A stretch of 13,326 nucleotides of DNA from IMG/VR virus record IMGVR_UViG_2690316062_000002. The stretch is one strand, 5' to 3'. Position 1 is the first letter of the stretch, and every line of letters begins with the position of its first letter. Of the stretch, positions 1 through 6,763 are shown piece by piece. This stretch comes from a virus (Duplodnaviria > Heunggongvirae > Uroviricota > Caudoviricetes). A model generated the notes under the pieces. The model saw nothing but the letters and a program-made list of their open reading frames with translations. It searched no databases and was not told the origin of the DNA. The position numbers and the translations under genes were made by a program.

Positions 1-78
1 CACCTCTGACTGAGAGTTTACTCACTTAGCCGCGTGTCCACTATTGCTGTGTAAGATCAAATCTCATCGGAAGAGGGG

Positions 79-270
79 ATGACGACACAGCAGAAAAAAG
101 AAATGGCTGCATTGGTACAGAAGCAAATTGAAAGCCTCAGGGCTCAACTGGAGCAGTTGTTAAGGCAGCAGGCAGAGAAAAAGAATAAAGACGCGACAGT
201 TCAGCCTGATAAAAAAGAAGAGAAAAAAGACGATACAAATACCGCTGGCACCATTGATATTTACGTCTAA
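79..270 (+). CDS. hypothetical small protein, 63 aa, coiled-coil-like N-terminus and Lys/Glu-rich tail
   Basis: ATG at 79; frame closed upstream by stops at 7-9 and 52-54; AGAGGGG purine tract abuts the ATG (spacing suboptimal); followed by a hairpin plus T-tract at 285-308. No family recognised. Confidence 0.35.
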   Translation: MTTQQKKEMAALVQKQIESLRAQLEQLLRQQAEKKNKDATVQPDKKEEKKDDTNTAGTIDIYV

Positions 271-284
271 GTGACAGCCGTATT

Positions 285-308
285 GTGGCCCTCATCGGGC
301 CACTTTTC
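285..308 (+). terminator. Rho-independent terminator candidate
   Basis: GTGGCCC (285-291) pairs with GGGCCAC (297-303), 5-nt loop, followed by TTTTCG. Confidence 0.5.
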
Positions 309-706
309 GCCATCAGCCTTTTCTTTAAAGACATATTATCTTTGTATCATTTCTGATAGTTAACATTACAAGATATAAGTAATGGACGCACTCCCAATTA
401 GTCTATTTAAATCGCCACGAGTTTAACTGACAACCCATGATCAATTATGAATTGCAACTATTTCTGTAGTCACTTTTGTGGGGACAGTCCACAAAACTGC
501 CAACTTCCGCTTCTTGCTCTTAGCGGACATTAGCATAGGCTATTTACCATAACGCCTCATTACGCGCACCGCCCAGACTGACTCAGCGCGTTTCTGGCAT
601 ATCCCCGGTAAAACAAGTAACAAACCACCCGAAAATGAACACCAGAAACGCGACTTAAGAATCTACCCTATGAATGGATATGCACTCAACCGAATCGATC
701 TTGGTT

Positions 707-1639
707 TCAATCTTTTTTATCGGGATCAGGCTTCTTTTTAGGTAACTTCGGGGGCTTAACTTGCTGATGACTTTGCGTTCGGCGCGTAAGCCAGGGATGG
801 TCAGCTTTAGGTTTAACATAGTATTTTGAGCGTAAATCAATACGGGCATTATCCACTCGTTCATGGACACTCTTTTCATCATCCAGTGGTATAGGCTCCG
901 GGCCATCAACATACTTTTCCCAGCCCAGCGCTTTCCCGTCATACAGAACGTTAATTTCACCGTCAAAGTTCTCGCATACAGTAACAACCGAATGCCTAAG
1001 TCGATATCCCCGGCCCTCACTGCGTACCTGAAACGCACTGCTTTTGTACTGGAAAGTGAGATTTTTAGACAGAACGCGCTTCGCCTGTAGGCTGAAGATA
1101 TAACCCAGTTCCTCTTCAGAATGGTGCACATCAAGATGAGCATTATCAGTAGTACGAGGCGACGTAGCGAACCGGTTGTTATAGGCTTCAATAAAGGTCG
1201 GCAACCATGCATTTGCTGTTTCAATATCACTGATATTCTGAAGCCGCATTTCTTTGACCAGCCTGTCCTGTAGTGTCTGATTGGCGCGCTCTACCCGCCC
1301 TTTTGCCTGCGGGCTGTTGGCATGGATTGGCTCGATGCCCAGTGTCTTTATCGCACGAGTGAACTGGGTCAGCTCACCTTCCCGCTCTGGGTTATTTACC
1401 CTGAATATACTGTGTCTATCAGAGTAGAGAGCGAGCGGTACGCCATGATCATTAAGGTAACCCCGGAGGGTTTCCATGTAAGCCCGGGTTGTTTCAGCAG
1501 GCACAAAACGCAACGCCATCAACGCACTGGTGGCATCATCAATGAAAACGATCAGTGTACATCTGGGGCCTCGATTTTCAAACCAGTCATGAGGTGAGCC
1601 ATCAATCTGGATCAGTTCACCGTAAGATGGTCGTCGCAT
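707..1639 (-). CDS. transposase, DDE (rve-type) integrase catalytic core part (OrfB-like)
   Basis: Candidate catalytic residues in IQIDGS, LYSDRHS and GRVERAN with typical D-D-E order. The frame is open upstream to 1696 and overlaps the OrfA frame across a G6 run (C6 on the plus strand, 1687-1692); removing one G would fuse the two as ...MIEEGVWRERRRK... Confidence 0.7.
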   Translation of the reverse strand: MRRPSYGELIQIDGSPHDWFENRGPRCTLIVFIDDATSALMALRFVPAETTRAYMETLRGYLNDHGVPLALYSDRHSIFRVNNPEREGELTQFTRAIKTLGIEPIHANSPQAKGRVERANQTLQDRLVKEMRLQNISDIETANAWLPTFIEAYNNRFATSPRTTDNAHLDVHHSEEELGYIFSLQAKRVLSKNLTFQYKSSAFQVRSEGRGYRLRHSVVTVCENFDGEINVLYDGKALGWEKYVDGPEPIPLDDEKSVHERVDNARIDLRSKYYVKPKADHPWLTRRTQSHQQVKPPKLPKKKPDPDKKD

Positions 1640-1676
1640 GCGGCGTTGATATATACGGGCAATTTTACGACGGCGT

Positions 1677-2048
1677 TCACGCCATACCCCCCTCTTCTAT
1701 CATCCACTTTCTGAGAGTTTCAACGGATAAAGATAAACCGTGTATCTCGCGCAATTTTTCGCACGCAAACGTAGGTCCAAAATCAGCGTAACGGCCTTTG
1801 AGGAGTGAAATTACTGTTGCTCTGAATTCAGTAGAAAAGGAATTATTAGGACGCTTTCCACGTCGGTGGGAAACCAGACCAGAAGGCCCTTCATTTCTAT
1901 ACCGTTGCACCAGACGTTTAACCTGCCGAATAGAAATGCCAATGCGTGCCGCAGCTTGTTCCTGAGTAATATGTCGATTAATTGACTCCTGAATAATCTG
2001 AAGTCGGTGGAGTTCCTTATGACTCATCGTAACAGTTTCTTTGGTCAT
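1677..2048 (-). CDS. transposase, N-terminal helix-turn-helix part (OrfA-like), out of frame with the catalytic part
   Basis: 123-aa ORF with an HTH-like segment (AARIGISIRQVKRLVQRY); ATG at 2048-2046; purine-rich GGGGGA 7 nt upstream lies inside a hairpin arm (2057-2076). Confidence 0.7.
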   Translation of the reverse strand: MTKETVTMSHKELHRLQIIQESINRHITQEQAAARIGISIRQVKRLVQRYRNEGPSGLVSHRRGKRPNNSFSTEFRATVISLLKGRYADFGPTFACEKLREIHGLSLSVETLRKWMIEEGGMA

Positions 2049-2382
2049 GAAAAATCCCCCAGAGAATTGTCTGGGGACATTTTAGAATGGTTCAAAGGGG
2101 ACATTACAGCTTGGTGTTAACAATAGCCTGCTTCTCCTTGCCTTTCGGCACGTAAGAGGCTAACCTACATGTGTCTGGCATGAAATTGGCCTCAGATTAA
2201 TGTTAAGCGTCTTGCAGGACGCGTAATGTTAACTGGGGCTTTTCTCTACCTGCCGTTGGTGTTCGTGCCCGAGGCAGATAGCCTCAAGCACCCGCAGTCA
2301 TTCTACTTAACTAAGATTTCCCCGCAAACCGTTTTTGTCCAGCACAGTAAATATCCAACTAAACCAATGGAGTTCGCTGTAT

Positions 2383-2562
2383 TTACCGCCAGTATTCAAT
2401 GCACATGACCGCCATGAACACCCCTAAAAAAAGGGCATTTATATATCCAAATATTAATATCAAAACATCAACTTTTTCCATATACCTTGCTGTGAAGATG
2501 ATGGGCATACATGATGCGAACAACCAGAACGCAACAAACAAAAACTGCAATGCGTTTTTCAT
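2383..2562 (-). CDS. hypothetical small membrane protein, 59 aa, two predicted transmembrane helices
   Basis: ATG at 2562-2560 preceded by a perfect AGGAGG (2572-2567) with 4-nt spacer; translation MKNALQFLFVAFWLFASCMPIIFTARYMEKVDVLILIFGYINALFLGVFMAVMCIEYWR has two hydrophobic segments; sits in an AT-rich stretch. No family recognised. Confidence 0.35.
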   Translation of the reverse strand: MKNALQFLFVAFWLFASCMPIIFTARYMEKVDVLILIFGYINALFLGVFMAVMCIEYWR

Positions 2563-2816
2563 TATTCCTCCTACAATCAATGTGCAATTACATTTAAACA
2601 CACCTCAATTTGGCCGGACATATAAATATCTAAACCAGAAAAAATCACTTACATAGCGTTACAAACTCTTTAGTCTAAAGGTTCATCGTAAAACATTCCC
2701 CATACTTATCAGTCCGTTCCGCGCCAGGTAGCTCATTGCCTTATCTGGCAACCTGTAATCAGGTTTCCGCTTTTTCAGTTGGCTGGTCGTTTAACCGACA
2801 TAGTTAACCCATTAAT

Positions 2817-3104
2817 CTAGTTGCCGGATGTTGGTGGATTTTCGCGTTTTAGTTGTTCATAAAAGTGCACAGCTTTAACCAATTCTTCTGATGTAACCGG
2901 GACTGGTGAGGCAGTGAATAAGGCCTGAATTTGATAGTTCGGCCTGTCGTTACAATCCTCTTTTTTCGGTACATATTTCCAGTCACCAGACCACTACTTC
3001 CCCTGAAAGTCCGTAACGCCTTTTTTCACGTAGCGATATCGCCATGTCACTGGTTTTGCTTGCCCCGCCGTTTCATGCCCTTCCTGATAATTAATCTCGC
3101 TCAT
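2817..3104 (-). pseudogene. small phage-type ORF interrupted by an in-frame amber codon (TAG at 2996-2994); 36 codons before and 58 open codons after
   Basis: ATG at 3104-3102; MSEINYQEGHETAGQAKPVTWRYRYVKKGVTDFQGK, then TAG, then WSGDWKYVPKKEDCNDRPNYQIQALFTASPVPVTSEELVKAVHFYEQLKRENPPTSGN with no internal start; final stop TAG at 2819-2817. Confidence 0.3.
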
Positions 3105-3292
3105 TCATCGCCCCACTCATCACAATATGCTTCGACCGGAGTTTTTCCCGCTTCATAGTCATCACGCTAGGATTCGACATCAGCAGCACTTCCACCGCGT
3201 AACTCACCATAGTCCATTAATAGTTCATCCCGCTCTTCAAAACTGATGTTATATTTAGCTGAACAAAAATCAGCCACTTTGTTCTTCCTCAT
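3101..3292 (-). pseudogene. small ORF interrupted by an in-frame amber codon (TAG at 3169-3167); the read-through frame ends in a TGA that overlaps the ATG of the next ORF
   Basis: ATG at 3292-3290 (weak RBS); 41 codons, TAG, then 21 open codons RDDYEAGKTPVEAYCDEWGDE ending in TGA at 3103-3101, which forms an ATGA junction with the ATG at 3104. Confidence 0.2.
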
Positions 3293-3341
3293 CGTCTTTT
3301 ATTTCGTGGTATGAGTAATTGCAGTAGTTAAAGAAAATTTC

Positions 3342-3452
3342 TTATGCTCCGTCATGAATTTCATCAGGTGTTGCGTCATCGTCCACTTCGAATACATCCT
3401 CAAAATCTCCACCAGCTATTCCCGTTTCAATAATAATTTTGAACTTTCGCAT
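3342..3452 (-). CDS. hypothetical 36-aa acidic peptide
   Basis: ATG at 3452-3450, stop TAA at 3344-3342; translation MRKFKIIIETGIAGGDFEDVFEVDDDATPDEIHDGA; GGAGG lies 23 nt upstream, separated from the ATG by a GAAA-loop hairpin. Weak support. Confidence 0.15.
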   Translation of the reverse strand: MRKFKIIIETGIAGGDFEDVFEVDDDATPDEIHDGA

Positions 3453-3459
3453 TTCACTA

Positions 3460-3475
3460 CCGCCCTTTCGGGCGG
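3460..3475 (-). other. perfect 6-bp hairpin with GAAA (GNRA) tetraloop on the minus-strand transcript
   Basis: Minus strand reads GGAGG-CCGCCC-GAAA-GGGCGG-UAGUGAA-AUG; no U-tract follows, so it is not a canonical terminator. Confidence 0.4.
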
Positions 3476-3530
3476 CCTCCTGATGTTCTGAGGGTGCAGA
3501 AATCCATCCGGTTAAGGATTAAGTTTTATT

Positions 3531-3570
3531 TACAGAACTGAATTTAATTATTCAGATATACGTATCTGTA
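3531..3570. promoter_or_regulatory. cluster of nested inverted repeats, candidate operator/promoter region
   Basis: TACAGA (3531-3536)/TCTGTA (3565-3570); CTGAAT (3538-3543)/ATTCAG (3550-3555); CAGATA (3553-3558)/TATCTG (3563-3568). Confidence 0.3.
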
Positions 3571-3646
3571 ACCTTACGAATCTACTCACTGGATGCCTCT
3601 TTCATAAAAATAGTCCAGTGGGTTTTATCGTTTTTTCCCTGTTCGT

Positions 3647-3674
3647 TGACAGATAACAGGCTTTCTATCTGTCA
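3647..3674. repeat. 9-bp inverted repeat TGACAGATA / TATCTGTCA with 10-bp spacer
   Basis: Perfect 9-bp arms at 3647-3655 and 3666-3674; shares the CAGATA/TATCTG half-site with the palindrome at 3553-3568. Confidence 0.4.
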
Positions 3675-3714
3675 GTGCCAGAATCTGGCTTACCGGTATT
3701 TGCGTTTCATTCCA

Positions 3715-4071
3715 TTAAAAAATCAGAACGCCGTGCGGCCTCAACACCCGAAAAGCTTCTTTAAATCTCTGTCGCAAATCATCACGCCAGGCATCTTTAT
3801 TCAGCCGTCCATATTTCTTTCCCATCCAGGCGTTATCACCAACACGCTCAAGATGCGGAGGGTCTAATACAACCATCGAAAAAGATGCGTCTGCAAATGA
3901 TAATGCACGAAAATCTGCGATAATGTCAGGGCTGATAATCAAGCGTCTCCCATTGCGTAATGTGTATCCTTCTTTTCTGATATCGCTGAATATCGCCCGT
4001 TTGTCAGACTTATCGAACCAGAACATGCGGCTGCCACAGCACATATCAAGAATGGTTGCCGGTGCACTCAC
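3715..4071 (-). CDS. SAM-dependent N-methyltransferase-like protein (118 aa), possibly truncated
   Basis: GTG start at 4071-4069 overlapping the upstream TGA (GTGA junction); glycine-loop-like ILDMCCGS near the N-terminus and VLDPPH about 58 residues later, the order seen in amino-methyltransferases; 118 aa is short for a complete fold and the frame stays open for 30 codons past the TAA. Confidence 0.55.
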   Translation of the reverse strand: MSAPATILDMCCGSRMFWFDKSDKRAIFSDIRKEGYTLRNGRRLIISPDIIADFRALSFADASFSMVVLDPPHLERVGDNAWMGKKYGRLNKDAWRDDLRQRFKEAFRVLRPHGVLIF

Positions 4072-4490
4072 TGCGCCACGTCCTGAAAATTACCCTGATA
4101 GAAAGCCAGTATGCGCTGCATAACTTCGCTCTTCCGGCACTCGCGACAGATTATGTTTAGGCGACTGTCGTAGCGACGTATTTCTCCGTCAGGTGATGAC
4201 CAGATAAGGTCCGGATCAACCACAGCAGGTTTCTTCACCTTTGCCCTCGAGAGTTTTTTGCGGGCGTTTTGCCAGTCCTTACGCGCCTGTTCAGAGGGGA
4301 ATAACCCGTAGCCGGAGTTGTATACATCGCCACTGGCTACCAGCTCTCTGGCAAGAACGCTCATCAGATATCTAGTCGCACCTGTTTTAGCTTCCAGTTG
4401 CCGTAACGTCTCACGGCCGCTCTGGCGCACGAGTTCCACCACCTGCCATTTAATTTTTTCCCGCTCTTCTTGTGTAAAAACTTTTGCCAC
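4068..4490 (-). CDS. hypothetical protein (140 aa) with putative winged-helix DNA-binding segment, translationally coupled to the methyltransferase
   Basis: GTG start at 4490-4488 with strong AAGGGGG 5-6 nt upstream; segment RETLRQLEAKTGATRYLMSVLARELV looks HTH-like; stop overlaps the next start. Confidence 0.55.
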   Translation of the reverse strand: MAKVFTQEEREKIKWQVVELVRQSGRETLRQLEAKTGATRYLMSVLARELVASGDVYNSGYGLFPSEQARKDWQNARKKLSRAKVKKPAVVDPDLIWSSPDGEIRRYDSRLNIICRECRKSEVMQRILAFYQGNFQDVAQ

Positions 4491-4530
4491 CAGTCCCCCT
4501 TAAAATTACCTCATGACCTGAAATCAACAC

Positions 4531-5496
4531 TTATCCTCTGAAACCAGGCGGAATTTCTGTATCCGGTTCAGAAATATGATTAACACAACGCTGTACAGGT
4601 GAACGTCCCAGGCGGATGACCAGTTCGTCCCATTTTTCGCGGAGCTTTGACGGGCTCATGATGTTTTTTACCCAGAATGGATCTCGCTGAACCCGACCAA
4701 ACATTTCGCAAATTTGGCTGTGGCTTCTGCCATCCAGCATCCGCATTGTGCGCACGTCATTGGCCCAGGCAGTCCAGTTAGGCTCTTTTGGTCGCATGAT
4801 CTCGCCATCATCACTGGCTGCCTGTTCGTAGAGACCCACGATCCGCCCCCAGATCCACTGCGCACACGCCAAATCCTCCCTGCTACCCCACTGGCGTTTT
4901 TTCGCACTAAACACAACCGCGTCGGAGTTCCGGGTTAAAGAATCCTGTTCAGTCGTCTGCGGGTCCGGTTGCGAAGCTTCCGGACGAAAAGTGTTTTTAT
5001 TCTCTGTAGTAATCTCTGTTGTATTCTCTGTAAGATCATCAGGCCATTTTGACCCGATGACATTGGGTCGTTTTGAACTAATGGAGCGTTTCATTTTGAC
5101 CTCTTCCATCGTGTCATTTTGACCTGATGGAGCGGCGCATTTTGAACCGATGGATTCGCTCAATTTGCCACCATCTAAAAGCTCGCTCCCATAGTTGATC
5201 GTGTAGAAATTGGTCATATCGCGCTTTGATTTATTGAGCTTTTCACAACGCAAAAGCCCCAGCGTTTTCAGACTTGCAAACGCGCGCTTTAACGTTGACT
5301 CTGACCAGAATGGGAACTGTTCCAGCCATTGTTCCGTTGTGTTATAAATCCAGCGAACACCATCACATTCCATGCCGGAGTTGGTATCTCTCAACCAGTA
5401 GTGCAGTTGTTGCAAAACAATGGCTTCGTTTAAGCCAATTTTCATTGCCAGCTGCGTGTTTATAACCAGTGGGCGTTCAGCAAAAAGAAGGCTCAT
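4531..5496 (-). CDS. phage replication initiator (lambda O-like replisome organizer) carrying an internal iteron origin
   Basis: ATG at 5496-5494 preferred over the TTG at 5550; N-terminal NEAIVLQQLHYWL-type organizer motif; low-complexity linker encoded by the iteron region; conserved C-terminal domain. Confidence 0.75.
   Translation of the reverse strand: MSLLFAERPLVINTQLAMKIGLNEAIVLQQLHYWLRDTNSGMECDGVRWIYNTTEQWLEQFPFWSESTLKRAFASLKTLGLLRCEKLNKSKRDMTNFYTINYGSELLDGGKLSESIGSKCAAPSGQNDTMEEVKMKRSISSKRPNVIGSKWPDDLTENTTEITTENKNTFRPEASQPDPQTTEQDSLTRNSDAVVFSAKKRQWGSREDLACAQWIWGRIVGLYEQAASDDGEIMRPKEPNWTAWANDVRTMRMLDGRSHSQICEMFGRVQRDPFWVKNIMSPSKLREKWDELVIRLGRSPVQRCVNHISEPDTEIPPGFRG
4999..5034. repeat. 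three tandem 12-bp repeats (ATTCTCTGTAGT / AATCTCTGTTGT / ATTCTCTGTAAG) beside the iterons
   Basis: Tandem units at 4999-5010, 5011-5022 and 5023-5034 in an AT-rich stretch; plausible DNA-unwinding or accessory-factor element of the origin. Confidence 0.4.
5045..5159. repeat. five direct iterons (consensus CATTTTGAMCYGATGG), putative prophage replication origin
   Basis: Iteron starts at 5045, 5069, 5092, 5115 and 5138 (spacing 22-25 bp), inside the initiator gene as in lambda ori. Confidence 0.6.
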
Positions 5497-5998
5497 AATT
5501 CCATCCAGCTTTTTGTTGGTATTGCTGTCGATACGCAAGCTTGAAAGCAATTGCTTTTTCTATAAGTTCGTCAGTTTCACGATCCACTACGGCAGGATCA
5601 GCAAAAAGCAGTCCGGACTCCACCACATCGCCATATTCTTTGTTTAACCCGGCGATCATGCACGTGATGCTTTTTCCGTCAGTAATTTCACGATACAACC
5701 TGAAATCACTAATCCGGATAGCCTCCATAATCGCAGGCACTAGCGCCGTGAACTTTTCACGCTTATCCCTGGTGTCGATAGCCTTCCAGCGTTCGAATAT
5801 CTTCACTCGATTAACACCAAGCGCTCGCTGATCAACCGCGCCACCTTCATCTGTGACACGCTGAACATCGATGTTCGGGCGCTCTTTCAAAGCCCAGAAT
5901 GCTTCAGTGATTAATATCGTCGCCTGCTCCTGTGTCATTCCTGGTCGACATATCCAGGCATCCAGAGCCTCACGAGCCTGTTCAGGAGTGATTTTCAT
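5477..5998 (-). CDS. YdaT-like prophage protein (173 aa) in the cII position
   Basis: ATG at 5998-5996; lies between the Cro-like gene and the replication initiator, overlapping dicC by 17 nt and the initiator by 20 nt; family assignment is from recalled similarity to Rac-type YdaT, unverified. Confidence 0.6.
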   Translation of the reverse strand: MKITPEQAREALDAWICRPGMTQEQATILITEAFWALKERPNIDVQRVTDEGGAVDQRALGVNRVKIFERWKAIDTRDKREKFTALVPAIMEAIRISDFRLYREITDGKSITCMIAGLNKEYGDVVESGLLFADPAVVDRETDELIEKAIAFKLAYRQQYQQKAGWNYEPSFC

Positions 5999-6212
5999 TG
6001 TTCAACCACCCCGCCCGCTTCGTCTTACGATATTCATCATAAACTTTGGGATCATACTGAAGCTCCCCGCCAGATGCCTCCTGTAGACGCATCGCGCGAC
6101 CTTCGGGAACTAAATCCCCTTTCCAGCTATAAAGCGAAGCCAAACGAATACCTGCTGCTTGTGCAAGTTTTGTTTTTGAACCGAAATACAAAAGAGCGTC
6201 AGTTTTAAGCAT
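5982..6212 (-). CDS. dicC: DicC, Cro-like repressor of the division-inhibition operon
   Basis: 76 aa, MLKTDALLYFGSKTKLAQAAGIR... HTH; divergent from dicA; AAAGGTG RBS 6 nt upstream; length and sequence match my recollection of K-12 DicC. Confidence 0.8.
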   Translation of the reverse strand: MLKTDALLYFGSKTKLAQAAGIRLASLYSWKGDLVPEGRAMRLQEASGGELQYDPKVYDEYRKTKRAGWLNNENHS

Positions 6213-6295
6213 TTAAAACACCTTTATTGTTAGTCATAACTAACAAGATAGATGTTAACAAAAACATAGTCAATACGATTTAGCATTAGCTAACT
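6213..6295. promoter_or_regulatory. divergent dicC/dicA promoter-operator region
   Basis: Operator palindromes TGTTAGT-CATA-ACTAACA (6228-6245) and TTAGC-ATTA-GCTAA (6280-6293); central palindrome TGTTAACA (6253-6260); leftward promoter with -35 TTGACT (6273-6268), 17-bp spacer and -10 TATCTT (6250-6245) overlapped by the first operator. Confidence 0.6.
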
Positions 6296-6703
6296 ATGGA
6301 AACAAAAAATTTAACTATCGGCGAACGCATCAGGTATCGTCGGAAAAACCTCAAACACACCCAAAGGTCTCTTGCTAAAGCCCTGAAAATCTCCCATGTG
6401 TCTGTATCACAATGGGAACGGGGTGATAGTGAACCTACAGGGAAGAACCTTTTTGCCCTCAGCAAAGTATTGCAATGCTCACCAACATGGATTCTATTTG
6501 GCGATGAAGACAAGCAACCAACACCACCTGTTGAGAAGCCAGTTGCCTTATCCCCCAAAGAACTAGAGCTCCTTGAGCTGTTTAATGCACTGCCAGAATC
6601 AGAACAGGATACCCAGCTCGCCGAAATGCGAGCTCGAGTAAAAAACTTCAATAAACTCTTTGAAGAATTACTAAAAGCCCGTCAGCGGACAAATAAAAGA
6701 TAA
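6296..6703 (+). CDS. dicA: DicA, CI/C2-like HTH repressor
   Basis: 135 aa; N-terminal XRE-type HTH (RIRYRRKNLKHTQRSLAKALKISHVSVSQWERG); position and length match my recollection of K-12 DicA. Confidence 0.85.
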   Translation: METKNLTIGERIRYRRKNLKHTQRSLAKALKISHVSVSQWERGDSEPTGKNLFALSKVLQCSPTWILFGDEDKQPTPPVEKPVALSPKELELLELFNALPESEQDTQLAEMRARVKNFNKLFEELLKARQRTNKR

Positions 6704-6763
6704 CATCATCAATGAGTTATCTTTTACCACATCAATTATGTTAGCTATAGCATACAAAATCAC

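Larger units (their letters stand above)
650..2110. mobile_element. IS481-family-like insertion sequence (boundaries approximate, terminal inverted repeats not resolved)
   Basis: Two consecutive minus-strand ORFs encode an HTH N-terminal part and an rve-type DDE integrase core, the layout of IS481/IS3-type transposases. I could not find convincing terminal inverted repeats, so the ends are guesses. Confidence 0.5.

Noticed and set aside
137-334. 65-aa minus-strand ORF
   Set aside because: Antisense to the 63-aa ORF and running through its terminator hairpin; no RBS.
655-1230. 191-aa minus-strand ORF and the plus-strand ORFs at 863-1090, 1322-1597 and 1555-1791
   Set aside because: All overlap the transposase genes out of frame or antisense and have no RBS; treated as shadow ORFs.
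359-2233. 12-bp inverted match AGTTAACATTAC (359-370) versus GTAATGTTAACT (2222-2233) as possible IS ends
   Set aside because: A single 12-bp inverted match is expected by chance in a 13-kb window, and it would imply an implausibly large non-coding fraction for an IS481-type element.
2226-2656. Plus-strand ORFs 2226-2408 and 2399-2656
   Set aside because: No RBS, low-complexity AT-rich translations, antisense to the better-supported small membrane-protein ORF; could still mark an antisense transcript but not a protein.
5497-5550. TTG-initiated N-terminal extension of the replication initiator
   Set aside because: The ATG at 5496 has a purine-rich upstream motif and reduces the overlap with the upstream gene from 74 to 20 nt.
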